Shown piece after piece: positions 27,048 to 36,082 of a DNA stretch of 64,000 nucleotides. The position numbers and the translations under genes are program-made. Each line of letters opens with the position of its first letter. Position 1 is the stretch's first letter. This stretch comes from Minisyncoccota bacterium (lineage in GTDB: Bacteria; Patescibacteriota; Minisyncoccia; UBA6257; XYB1-36-10): assembly GCA_041651415.1 (NCBI GenBank), contig JBAZJH010000002.1, positions 20,474 to 84,473 of the forward strand, written 5' to 3'. The notes beneath the pieces are model-generated. The model saw only the letters and a program-made list of their open reading frames with translations. It was not told where the DNA came from and did not search any database.

Positions 27048-27137
27048 GGAGAGGTGGCTGAGCGGTTGAAAGCAGCGCCCTGCTAAGGCGTTAGGGGGGC
27101 AACTCCCTCGAGGGTTCGAATCCCTCCCTCTCCGCCA
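27048..27137 (+). tRNA. tRNA-Ser(GCT)
   Basis: Anticodon loop CTGCTAA; long variable arm; encoded CCA. Confidence 0.94.
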
Positions 27138-27157
27138 GGTTTTAACTGGATAATTTT

Positions 27158-28462
27158 ATGAAAAAAGTAAAAATTGTAATCGGTACGGCGTTTCAAGACG
27201 CGGGTGATGCCACTCGGGCGATTGAGATTGCAAAAGGAATTAAAAAATATCAACCCAATGATATTGAAGCAAAAATTATTTTTCTATCTCACGGCAGCAG
27301 GTTTGAACAAAAAGTTCTTGATCTAGGATTTGAAGTTTATCAAACCGAGCCAAAATTGCCCGGCGTAGGTTTATATCAAGATATCGGGATGACTCCGGAG
27401 AGTTTTATTGGCGATAAAAATCTTGCCAAAGAAATGATAAAGGGTGAAATCAAAGCATATAAGGAATTGAAACCAGATATTGTGTTATACGGTTTTTGGC
27501 CAATGGCGGGACTAGCTCGTCGCATGGTAGAAAAAGAAATTCCCGGCATCTGTTTTATTCCGCTACCTCTTACTGAAGCTTTTTTGGATGTTATTCCAGA
27601 TGTGCCGGATCAAGTGAAATTTCTGGCAGTTTTTCCTTATAAAACCCGTTTGTGGATTTTCCGTCACATTCCGCATTTTATCAAGAGCAGAATTCCACTT
27701 ATCCGACAAAATAATATTCGCGAGGCTGCAGCTGAATTGGGTTGGAAGGGCGAACCTCTTTTGAATCTTTTTAATTTGCTCAAAGCCGATCTGACAATCG
27801 TAAATGATTTGCCGGATTATTATGACCAAAGCAAGTTTCCTAAAGACGTGATTTTCACCGGACCGTTATTTGCTAAAACAACAAACGAAGAACCAATAGA
27901 TCTTGAAATTCAAAAAGTTTTTGATCCGCAAAATGGAAAAATTAAAATATTCTGCACTTTAAGCAGTTCTGGTTCTAAAGAAATGCTTAAGGAAGTTATA
28001 AAAGTTTTTACTTATGGAGAAGGACTAAATTGGAACGCGGTTATTCTTTCTCCTCATTTTTCAATTGAAGAAGCTTATAAAATACTTGGCAAAAGAGAAG
28101 GTGTTTATATTACAGACAAATTTATTCCGGCTCAAAAAGTGAACGCTATGGCCGATATTGTGGTTTGCCATGGCGGACAAGGAACGGTGCAGACCGCAAT
28201 TCATTCCGGCACACCGCTCGTGGGAGTTGCCGCTCAGCAAGAACAATTCATCAATCTTTCCAATGTAGCTGCGCGTGGAGCCGGCGTTCGCATTCCGCGA
28301 GCAAAGTGGGATACAAAAAATATTCAAAAATCAGTCAGTAAAATAATTGCTGATAAAAGATATAGAGAAGCAATGTTAAAATTGAGAGAACGAATTAATT
28401 CAATGGACGGCGAAAAAAACGCAGCAGAAGCGATTTGGAAAAAGATAAAAGAACTATTTTAG
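27158..28462 (+). CDS. GT-B glycosyltransferase (GT1/MGT-like)
   Basis: FIPAQKV, VVCHGGQGTVQTAIHSGTPLVG and QQEQFIN motifs. Confidence 0.85.
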   Translation: MKKVKIVIGTAFQDAGDATRAIEIAKGIKKYQPNDIEAKIIFLSHGSRFEQKVLDLGFEVYQTEPKLPGVGLYQDIGMTPESFIGDKNLAKEMIKGEIKAYKELKPDIVLYGFWPMAGLARRMVEKEIPGICFIPLPLTEAFLDVIPDVPDQVKFLAVFPYKTRLWIFRHIPHFIKSRIPLIRQNNIREAAAELGWKGEPLLNLFNLLKADLTIVNDLPDYYDQSKFPKDVIFTGPLFAKTTNEEPIDLEIQKVFDPQNGKIKIFCTLSSSGSKEMLKEVIKVFTYGEGLNWNAVILSPHFSIEEAYKILGKREGVYITDKFIPAQKVNAMADIVVCHGGQGTVQTAIHSGTPLVGVAAQQEQFINLSNVAARGAGVRIPRAKWDTKNIQKSVSKIIADKRYREAMLKLRERINSMDGEKNAAEAIWKKIKELF

Positions 28463-28834
28463 ATAGCCTTTCACTTTTTCGGCGAATTCTTCAAGACTGA
28501 TTCCTTTTTTAATAAAATCAAAAGCGCCGGCTTCTTTGGCAAATTTTTCATCTATCTCCACTTTTTCAGGGTCGCTGAACGCCGTAAGAAAAACAATTTT
28601 GGTATTTTTTAATTGCGGGTCATCTTTCATTTCCAAAAACGCTTCCGCTCCATTCATCGCAGGCATTTTAAGGTCTAATAAAATCAGGTCGGGATTTTTT
28701 TCTTTGGCGATTTCTATCGCTTTTAACCCATCAGGAGCGGTAATCACTTCAAACCCGGCATTTTTTAAAACAGAACCATAAATCGTCAATATTTCTTCTT
28801 CGTCGTCAACCAAAAGAATCAATTTATTATTCAT
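28454..28834 (-). CDS. Single-domain response regulator
   Basis: LLVDDE, LILLDLKMP, FLTA and FIKK receiver motifs. Confidence 0.92.
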   Translation of the reverse strand: MNNKLILLVDDEEEILTIYGSVLKNAGFEVITAPDGLKAIEIAKEKNPDLILLDLKMPAMNGAEAFLEMKDDPQLKNTKIVFLTAFSDPEKVEIDEKFAKEAGAFDFIKKGISLEEFAEKVKGYLK

Positions 28835-28886
28835 TTTTTATAATTGTTTAATTTTAAATAACACTAAAATAGTTTGAAAAAACCAA

Positions 28887-30680
28887 TTAAGAAGCAAGAG
28901 GCAAAAAAACGCTGAAGGTGCTTCCCTTGCCCACTTCGCTTTTTTCCAGTTTTAAATCGCCATCCATGGATTTAGCCAACATTTTAGCAATATAAAGACC
29001 CAAACCGCTTCCGTATTCCTTGCTTTTTAAAAAAGTCTTTTTAATGGTACCAAATTTTTTGAAGATGAACAATTGATTTTCCGGAGAAATGCCGATTCCC
29101 GTATCCGAAACCGAAATTTTCGCGAAGTTTCCATATTTCTCCAACCCGATATTTATTCCTCCAGCTTCAGTATAGTAAATGGCATTGCTTATGACGTTAT
29201 TTAAAATCTGTCTGAATCTGTTTTGGTCGGCTGAGATGAACATCGATAAAGAAGATGGAAAATCAATCTTCAGAGAAAGATTTTTTTCTTTTGCCAGCTC
29301 TTGAAAATCTGCCACAATTTCTTGAGTTAATTTGTTAACATCAAATTGTTCTTTTTTGGCCGGAATTTTGCTTTCCTCCAAGAAGACAACATCAATAAAA
29401 TCATGCAGGATATCGAGAAGACGGATACTGTTTTTATGGATGCTGGAAAGCATAATTTTCAAAGAATCTTTTTCCAGCGCTTTTGTTTTAAGCGACTCCA
29501 AAATCAATTCCGCGTTTCCTCTGATGATAGTGAGAGGCGTTCGCATTTCGTGAGAAGCTATGGCAATAAAATTATTTTTAGCCTGGTCCAGCATTTTTTG
29601 TTCGGTAATATCCTCAAAAAGAAAGATTGTTCCGATTATTTCATTTTGATTATGAAAAACATAAATAGGAGTCAAGATTATTTGAAAGTATCTCTCATTA
29701 AAAAGAATTTCTTTGATGATAATCGGCTTCTTTTCCAAAATAATTTTTTCATATTCTTTTTGCAGGTCAAGTTTATCTTCCAACTTTTGCGAAATATACT
29801 GCAGAGCAGAACTTTCAGAAGGAAGGCCGAAGATTTTTTTCAGCATCGGGTTGACAATAACCGTATTATCAAAGAGGTCAACAATCATAAATCCGAGAGG
29901 CAAATTATCAATGGAAGAAATAAGGCGCGATTGTTCTTTCTTTAATTTTTCATAAGATTCCTTCAATCTCAAAGCCATAACATTAAATCCAATCGCCAGA
30001 CTGCCCAATTCATCTCCGGAAAATATTTTAACTTTTTCATCCAAGTTGCCTTTGCTTAGGAGTTCAACGCCTTTTTTTATTTCCAAGACAGGCCGGATGA
30101 CAATTCTTCTCAAATAAAAAGCGAGAAAGAGAAAACAAAGAAAAGTTGTCGTTATGTAGATTATAATCAAATTTTTTAACGCTGAATTTATCTGTTCTTC
30201 CATATTCTCCAGAGTAAAATAGATTTGAACAGTCCCGATTATCTGTCCGGACACATGGATGGGCGCCGTTAATTCCATAGTTTGCAGCGTGTTTGTTTTT
30301 ATTATTTCATTGATTATTATATTTTCGTTAAAAGACCGGTAGTCGTTATCGCTTGTGACAATTTGATTAATTCTAGCTTGGTTATTAGAAATAAAAGTTA
30401 TAAGATTTTTTCCTTCAGAAAGATTGAAGGCGATATCAATAATGTCCGGGTCCAGCCAAATATGCTTTTGGATAATGGATAATAATTTTTCTTTTTTTAA
30501 ATCTTTTTTATTGGAGATATTCGATTCCAAAGAATAAGCCGTGGCTTTGGCCCGGTTTAAAAAAGCGGTCGTAAGGTCGTCATTGTAGATTTTTAAACTA
30601 GCGTACGACAAAATCGCCGAAAAAATAAAAAAGATCAAAAAAACAATACTTATTATTTTTATTGACAGATTTATTTTCAT
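28887..30680 (-). CDS. Sensor histidine kinase (2 TM, HAMP, PAS, HisKA, HATPase)
   Basis: DELGSLA, ASHEMRTPLT, NVISNAIYYT, DTGIGI and GSGLGL motifs. Confidence 0.93.
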   Translation of the reverse strand: MKINLSIKIISIVFLIFFIFSAILSYASLKIYNDDLTTAFLNRAKATAYSLESNISNKKDLKKEKLLSIIQKHIWLDPDIIDIAFNLSEGKNLITFISNNQARINQIVTSDNDYRSFNENIIINEIIKTNTLQTMELTAPIHVSGQIIGTVQIYFTLENMEEQINSALKNLIIIYITTTFLCFLFLAFYLRRIVIRPVLEIKKGVELLSKGNLDEKVKIFSGDELGSLAIGFNVMALRLKESYEKLKKEQSRLISSIDNLPLGFMIVDLFDNTVIVNPMLKKIFGLPSESSALQYISQKLEDKLDLQKEYEKIILEKKPIIIKEILFNERYFQIILTPIYVFHNQNEIIGTIFLFEDITEQKMLDQAKNNFIAIASHEMRTPLTIIRGNAELILESLKTKALEKDSLKIMLSSIHKNSIRLLDILHDFIDVVFLEESKIPAKKEQFDVNKLTQEIVADFQELAKEKNLSLKIDFPSSLSMFISADQNRFRQILNNVISNAIYYTEAGGINIGLEKYGNFAKISVSDTGIGISPENQLFIFKKFGTIKKTFLKSKEYGSGLGLYIAKMLAKSMDGDLKLEKSEVGKGSTFSVFLPLAS

Positions 30681-30708
30681 AATCAGCAAGGCACTGATTT
30701 TTGCATTT

Positions 30709-31497
30709 TTACTTTATCCATTTTTCTATTAATTGATTCAATTCTCCACTCCTTTTCATCTCTCTCAATACTTTATTCACCTCTTCAATCAATAAGTGGT
30801 TTTCCAATCTTGTTATTATTCCATAATATTCCTGAGTAAAAGGATCTCCTATAATTTTCAGAGAAGGATTGTTTTTAACAACAAAAGTAGCGGCAACGTA
30901 ATCCATTACAACGGCGTCAGATGTTTTGTTTAAAAGGCTTTGCACGGTTAAAGAATCACTCCTGAAAGTTGAAAGCAGTTCGGGGTCGACAAACTCCAAA
31001 GCAGCTTTTTCACAAGTGCTATCCTTAAGAACGCTAACTTTTTTTCCTTTTAAATCTTCAGGGAAAAGAATGTCATCCGTATCACTTCTGACAATGATAG
31101 ATTGTCCGCCATTAAAGTAAGGAATACTAAATAATATTTCTTTCTGCCTTTCAGTTGTAATAGTAACCGAAGATATGGCTAAATCCACTTCTCCTTTTTT
31201 GACCACAAGAAAGAGATCGTCCCAATTGTATTCTTTCAAATTTAAAGTTATTCCCAGTTTATCAGCTATTCTTTTTATAATATCAATATCAAGACCGGCA
31301 AAATTGCCGGATTTATCTAGATATTCCATAGGCTCGTATTCGGAGTTAGTCGCGACCACCAAACCATTTTCTTTATTAATATTCAGCAGCAAATAATCCA
31401 CTTCTCCTCTTTGTTCACTAGTAATTAAATATTCATAACCAATGAAGCCGGCTATTAATATAATTATTATTCCTCCGAAAACGGCAAAATTTTTCAT
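30709..31497 (-). CDS. Family 3 (polar amino acid) substrate-binding protein
   Basis: YEPMEY, GLDIDI, TITTERQKEILFSIPY and DLKGKKV motifs. Confidence 0.88.
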   Translation of the reverse strand: MKNFAVFGGIIIILIAGFIGYEYLITSEQRGEVDYLLLNINKENGLVVATNSEYEPMEYLDKSGNFAGLDIDIIKRIADKLGITLNLKEYNWDDLFLVVKKGEVDLAISSVTITTERQKEILFSIPYFNGGQSIIVRSDTDDILFPEDLKGKKVSVLKDSTCEKAALEFVDPELLSTFRSDSLTVQSLLNKTSDAVVMDYVAATFVVKNNPSLKIIGDPFTQEYYGIITRLENHLLIEEVNKVLREMKRSGELNQLIEKWIK

Positions 31498-31647
31498 ATT
31501 TTTTTAATGAACACATACGCAGTTTCCCCGCTCTTTTTTATAATATTTTACCATTTATTTTATTTTTGATGAAACTCCACAAGTTGACGCGCGGGGTTCT
31601 CGTAAAAATTCAATAAATAAATCTTGTTTAAGATAATCCATTACCTT

Positions 31648-32274
31648 ATGCTTAAGGCAATGGATTTTTATAATGCTTTTATTTTTTGGCTGGAACATCA
31701 TGAAAGTTTCGGATATTTGGCGGTTTTTTTAATTTCAGCGGCAGAATCAATGGCTTTTGTGGGACTTTTAATTCCGGGAGGAAATCTGGCAATCGGCATG
31801 GGAGTTTTGACGTCTTACGGATTTTTCGGATTTTGGAGAATGATTTTATTATCAACTATCGGAGCAATTGTCGGAGACGTCATAAGCTTTTATTTAGGAA
31901 AATGGGTAAAAAGATTTTTTAAAAAAGGAAGCAAGATATTAAAGCTGAATTATTTGGAAATAGGAGAAAAATTTTTCATAAGACACGGAGGGAAAAGCGT
32001 TTTTATAGGAAGATTTGTGGGGCCAATGAGGCCGGTTATTCCATTTGTCGCCGGAATGTTTTCAATGAGATTTTGGAAATTTATGTTTTATAACGCCACC
32101 AGCGCTTTTTTGTGGTCGTTACTATTTTTGACCAGCGGATTTTTGGGCGGAGAGTGGTGGAAAAAATTAGAAAGCTTAACAATGAAAATGCTGCTTTTTG
32201 TTTTGCCGACAGTGTTTATTCTGATAGCAATGTGGCTGGCAAGAGAAAGAAAACAAAAAAAAGAGACGAAATAA
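31648..32274 (+). CDS. DedA family membrane protein
   Basis: ESMAFVGLLIPG, GAIVGDVISFYLG and GRFVGPMRPVIPFVAG motifs. Confidence 0.9.
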   Translation: MLKAMDFYNAFIFWLEHHESFGYLAVFLISAAESMAFVGLLIPGGNLAIGMGVLTSYGFFGFWRMILLSTIGAIVGDVISFYLGKWVKRFFKKGSKILKLNYLEIGEKFFIRHGGKSVFIGRFVGPMRPVIPFVAGMFSMRFWKFMFYNATSAFLWSLLFLTSGFLGGEWWKKLESLTMKMLLFVLPTVFILIAMWLARERKQKKETK

Positions 32275-32301
32275 ACCGCCTCTTTTTTTTGTTTTGCTTT
32301 T

Positions 32302-32934
32302 TTACTTATTGATTTTATCCTCTTGATGGAAAAAGCGACCACCGCCAAAACCCATTCCCATTCCATTTTTCAATCCCAGTTCCTCAAAAATGGCTTTAGC
32401 TTCATCAGGCTTTCCCTCACTTAGAAGCTTGTGAGCCTCGGCAAAACGGGAAAAGTTTTGTTCATTGATAGTTTCCGTTATCTTCTGCCCTTCAACCAAA
32501 GTTTTCCAAGCGGAATAATCTTTATTTTCTAGAGCTTTTTCGATAGCAGCGCGGTCTTCAGAATTTTTTCCGTCTTTCGGAGGCGCTAATCTTCCCATAA
32601 AAACGCCGAAACCATGCCCATCAACGCCAAGTTCTTTTAAAACCGCCTGGCCTTCTTTGATTTTCAACAAAGCTTCAGCATACTTCACAAAATTTTGTTC
32701 ATTGATAGTTTCCGTTATCTTCTGCCCTTCAACCAAAGTTTTCCAAGCGGAATAATCTTTATTTTCTAGAGCTTTTTCGATGGCGTCGATTTTAGTCTGG
32801 TCAAAGACCGGACGAGAAGCAGAGTTTTCGTTTCCGCCATTTTTATTTTCCGCAAAAACCTGCGGAAGAGCAAAAGCGGAAACAACCAAGAAACTTGCGC
32901 CCAGAGTAGTTAAAACTTCTTTCTTATTCATCAT
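32302..32934 (-). CDS. Secreted helical protein with an internal duplication
   Basis: Signal peptide (VFA); AIEKALENKDYSAWKTLVEGQKITETINEQNF occurs twice. Confidence 0.8.
   Translation of the reverse strand: MMNKKEVLTTLGASFLVVSAFALPQVFAENKNGGNENSASRPVFDQTKIDAIEKALENKDYSAWKTLVEGQKITETINEQNFVKYAEALLKIKEGQAVLKELGVDGHGFGVFMGRLAPPKDGKNSEDRAAIEKALENKDYSAWKTLVEGQKITETINEQNFSRFAEAHKLLSEGKPDEAKAIFEELGLKNGMGMGFGGGRFFHQEDKINK
32456..32781. repeat. Exact 89-bp intragenic direct repeat
   Basis: 32456-32544 is identical to 32693-32781. Confidence 0.9.
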
Positions 32935-32990
32935 TTATTTTTTACCGTTAATTATTAATTTTAATAAACCAGAACGTTCTTAATCATTAA

Positions 32991-33016
32991 TACGCAAAGT
33001 AAAAAAAAATCTGTCA
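32991..33016 (-). promoter_or_regulatory. ECF-sigma-type promoter
   Basis: TGACAG-16 nt-CGTA, the same geometry as SigW TGAAAC-16-CGTA. Confidence 0.5.
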
Positions 33017-33017
33017 T

Positions 33018-33782
33018 TTATTTTTTGAGAGGCGGAAAAGGTTTTGGAAAATCAGAAGGATGCATCAGTTTTATGGGCGCAAACGGCGAACCTATTTTTC
33101 CCGGTCTGATTTCTTCAGCGGAAAAAGAAGAGGGTCCGGTTTGATTGCCAATAAAACGAGCGGGGAAATTGACGGATAAGCCTTCTGCATTTCCTTCCAG
33201 CCCTTCAAGGTCAACCTCCCAAAGACGGCGGCTTCTATCCATAACCGAGGCTTTGTTTTTTTCCAAGTCCAAAGAAACAATCATGCCGCCAAGAAGGCCC
33301 TTTTCGGGGTTTTCCCAGACATTGCGGTGAGAACCGGCAACTTCTCCGTAGAGAGGATATTTTTCAAAGAGAGCGTCATCCAAGTATTTGCCGACATTGG
33401 CGTAAGAAAGAAGGCCGCCGATGAAAACGCTTGCGATTATGCTTAAACCAACAATAAGAGACGGAGAGAGACGATAGCCATGTTTGGTGTGGCGGAAATT
33501 CAAAATAGCGAGAAGAAGAAAAAGAAAAACAGCAACCAGCCAAAAACGAGGAAGAATGAAAAGGGCGAAGCCGAGAAAGCTTTGATTGAGGCGAGGAAAA
33601 ATATCCCAGTCGCTTTCCCGCATCACAAATAAAACAACGCTAAAAGAAAGACTGCCAAGAAAAATAGTCAAACCAAAAGCTCCCCAATAGACCCAATTTT
33701 TCAAAAGGAATTTCCATTTTGGTTCCGGGGATATTTTTTCTTCTTTTATTTGCTCAAGAGCTTTTTTAGCGATATCAGACAT
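33018..33782 (-). CDS. Multi-TM membrane protein, putative anti-sigma factor
   Basis: Overlaps the sigma gene stop; TM helices followed by a C-terminal soluble domain. Confidence 0.6.
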   Translation of the reverse strand: MSDIAKKALEQIKEEKISPEPKWKFLLKNWVYWGAFGLTIFLGSLSFSVVLFVMRESDWDIFPRLNQSFLGFALFILPRFWLVAVFLFLLLAILNFRHTKHGYRLSPSLIVGLSIIASVFIGGLLSYANVGKYLDDALFEKYPLYGEVAGSHRNVWENPEKGLLGGMIVSLDLEKNKASVMDRSRRLWEVDLEGLEGNAEGLSVNFPARFIGNQTGPSSFSAEEIRPGKIGSPFAPIKLMHPSDFPKPFPPLKK

Positions 33783-34344
33783 GGTTTTCTTCTATTATTT
33801 TTTTAAATTGTTTTTTGGCGCGATTAATCAAGGTAGCGACCGTGCCGACCGGCTTTTTAACAATGTCGGAAATTTCTTCATAGCTTTTGTCTTCCAGAAA
33901 TTTTAAGACAAGCACTTCGCGATATTTTTCTTCAAGATTTTTCAGAACCGATTCTATTTTTTCCTTGGAATATTTCCGGTCGACTTCTTTTTCAAGATTG
34001 ATGTCGGAAGAAATTTTTTCAAATTCTTCGTCGGAGAGATAAGAATTTTGTCCGGATTTTGATTTCGCTTTCCTTAAAAAAGAAACAGCTTCATTATGGA
34101 CAATGCGATAAGCCCAAGAAGAAAATTTAAAAGAATAATCAAATTCGTTGAGATTCTTATAAATTTTCAAAAAAGATTCCTGAAGAACATCTTCCGCATC
34201 CTCGCGAGAAAAAGAAAAAGTCCGAAAAAGATAACGAAGAAGCTTGTCTTCAAAACGGCTTAAAAGGCAATAAAAAAATTCCTGGTCCTTCAAAGACAGG
34301 GAGACAAGCTCTTCGTCAGTTCTATTCTCGCATTTTTGAAGCAT
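33775..34344 (-). CDS. ECF RNA polymerase sigma factor (SigW/RpoE-like)
   Basis: DAEDVLQESFLK, FSSWAYRIVHN and SYEEISDIVKKPVGTV motifs. Confidence 0.93.
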   Translation of the reverse strand: MLQKCENRTDEELVSLSLKDQEFFYCLLSRFEDKLLRYLFRTFSFSREDAEDVLQESFLKIYKNLNEFDYSFKFSSWAYRIVHNEAVSFLRKAKSKSGQNSYLSDEEFEKISSDINLEKEVDRKYSKEKIESVLKNLEEKYREVLVLKFLEDKSYEEISDIVKKPVGTVATLINRAKKQFKKIIEENHV

Positions 34345-34392
34345 TACTAAAGCTTTTTTAAGCTTACTATATTATATACGAAAGAAAAGGAC

Positions 34393-35628
34393 TTATTTAT
34401 TCAATCGGTCGCGCAGATGGCGGTGATAAGAGACGGCAAAACGATGCGCTTCGTCGCGAAGGAGGATAAGGGTTTTTTTAAGAGCAGAAACTTCGGAAAC
34501 CAATTTTTTCTCGGAAAAACCAAAAATAAGACGATTATTTTTGCGATTTTTTCCTTTGGCGATTCCGATTACCGGAATATTGATTTTTAAACCGCTTAAA
34601 ACTTTTTTAGCGGCATTAACCTGCCCCAAGCCGCCGTCAATCAAAATGAGGTCGGGATAAGGCCAAGAATTGTTAAAACGGCGGGAAAGAATTTCAGAAA
34701 TCATGCCGGTGTCGTTTATCTGATTCAGCGAACGAATCTTAAATTTGCGGTATTCGTTTTTAGCCGGTTTCAAATCTTCAAGAACAACCATACTGCCGAC
34801 CGCAGAAGTGCCGCTAATATTGGAAATATCATAACCTTCCAGGCGGGAGAATTTATTTTCTTTTTTGGAAAAATCGGAAAAATCCTCGTTTTCAAGAAGA
34901 GCGACATCTTCTATGTGTCCAAGTTTTTTTATTTTATTCCTTAAGGAAGCGGCTTCTTCAAATTTTTCCCGCAGAGACAAAAGAGCCATTTCTTTTTTAA
35001 GTTTTTTCAAAAGGGCCGGTTTTTGGCCGCGAAAAAGAAGACGGATATTATTGATGGTTTTTTTATATTCGGAAGAAGATATTTTTCCGGCGCAAATTCC
35101 CGGGCAGCGGCCGATCTGAAAATAAAAACAAGGTTTTTTGGCATTCGGCTCGCAATTGCTCCAAGGAAAAATTTTACGGACGATATTCAAGATAGTTTCA
35201 AGATTTTTTTTACTGGTAAAAGGGCCAAAGATTTCTAGAAAATCGGAAAATTGATATTCGGTTTTCAGTTCCAAACCGCGAATTAAAAGGAGTTTAGGAA
35301 ATTTATTCTTGGAAATAGCGAGATAAGTCCAGCTTTTGTCGCTTTTCTCTTTGATATTAAATTTGGGTTGGATTTCTTTAATAAGCTTGGCTTCCAGAAT
35401 AGTCGCTTCCAGAATGGAATCGGCAGATTTAAAATCTATAGAAAAAATTTCAGAAACAAGTTTTTCCAAACGAGAATCGTGAGCTTTATGAAAATAAGAA
35501 GACACCCGCTTTTTTAGGGAAGTGGCTTTGCCGACATAGATAACTTCTCCCTTTTTATTTTTCATCAAATAAACACCAGGAGAGTCGGGTAATGGTTTTT
35601 TCAGTTTTATATTTTCCGGAAGAAGCAT
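34393..35628 (-). CDS. uvrC: Excinuclease ABC subunit C (lacks C-terminal HhH)
   Basis: GIY-YIG PGVYLM..IYVGKA, EGYDISN, LIDGGLGQ and RDEAHRFA motifs. Confidence 0.92.
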   Translation of the reverse strand: MLLPENIKLKKPLPDSPGVYLMKNKKGEVIYVGKATSLKKRVSSYFHKAHDSRLEKLVSEIFSIDFKSADSILEATILEAKLIKEIQPKFNIKEKSDKSWTYLAISKNKFPKLLLIRGLELKTEYQFSDFLEIFGPFTSKKNLETILNIVRKIFPWSNCEPNAKKPCFYFQIGRCPGICAGKISSSEYKKTINNIRLLFRGQKPALLKKLKKEMALLSLREKFEEAASLRNKIKKLGHIEDVALLENEDFSDFSKKENKFSRLEGYDISNISGTSAVGSMVVLEDLKPAKNEYRKFKIRSLNQINDTGMISEILSRRFNNSWPYPDLILIDGGLGQVNAAKKVLSGLKINIPVIGIAKGKNRKNNRLIFGFSEKKLVSEVSALKKTLILLRDEAHRFAVSYHRHLRDRLNK

Positions 35629-35680
35629 TTGTTTAATAATACAATTCTATTTTATTAAATGAAGCCGCGCAGATTTTGAG

Positions 35681-35769
35681 TTTACCCCGACCAAAGTCGG
35701 GGTTTATTAAATCTTAGCCGCAAAAATCTCGCGACAAAGCGCGGGTTTTTCGCGGAGATTTAATAAAAA
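35681..35769. repeat. Two-hairpin non-coding repeat, copy 2
   Basis: Homologous to 9245-9338. Confidence 0.7.
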
Positions 35770-36047
35770 AACCCGAAGAGGGTTTTAAAAATGAGGCAGG
35801 GGGAGAAGGAAAAAATTTTCCTTCTCCCCCGCTTTTTTGTTTCGGAGCGCGCGTTCTCCGAAACGGCGGTTCCGACGTGAGACAAAAATCCCGGGCCGGA
35901 AACGAACAACGCCCCTTGGCGGTTCTCCGCCCCGCGGCAGAAAGCAAAAATCAGGCCAAGAAAACCGTTCGCCGGAGCTTTTGCCGCAAAATCAAAGTGC
36001 TATAAACACTTGAAAAAAAGAATAAACCAAGATGATTTTTTTATCAA

Positions 36048-36075
36048 CCCCGTTAGAAAATATTTTCTAACGGGG
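36048..36075. repeat. Perfect palindrome CCCCGTTAGAAAATATTTTCTAACGGGG
   Basis: 28-bp inverted repeat; related copy at 41673-41695. Confidence 0.6.
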
Positions 36076-36082
36076 CAAAAAA

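Noticed and set aside
27138-31620. Integrated island at tRNA-Ser
   Set aside because: No integrase and no duplicated tRNA 3' end found by eye
35714-35947. 77-aa ORF in the GC-rich insert
   Set aside because: No start signals; a by-product of GC-rich palindromic DNA
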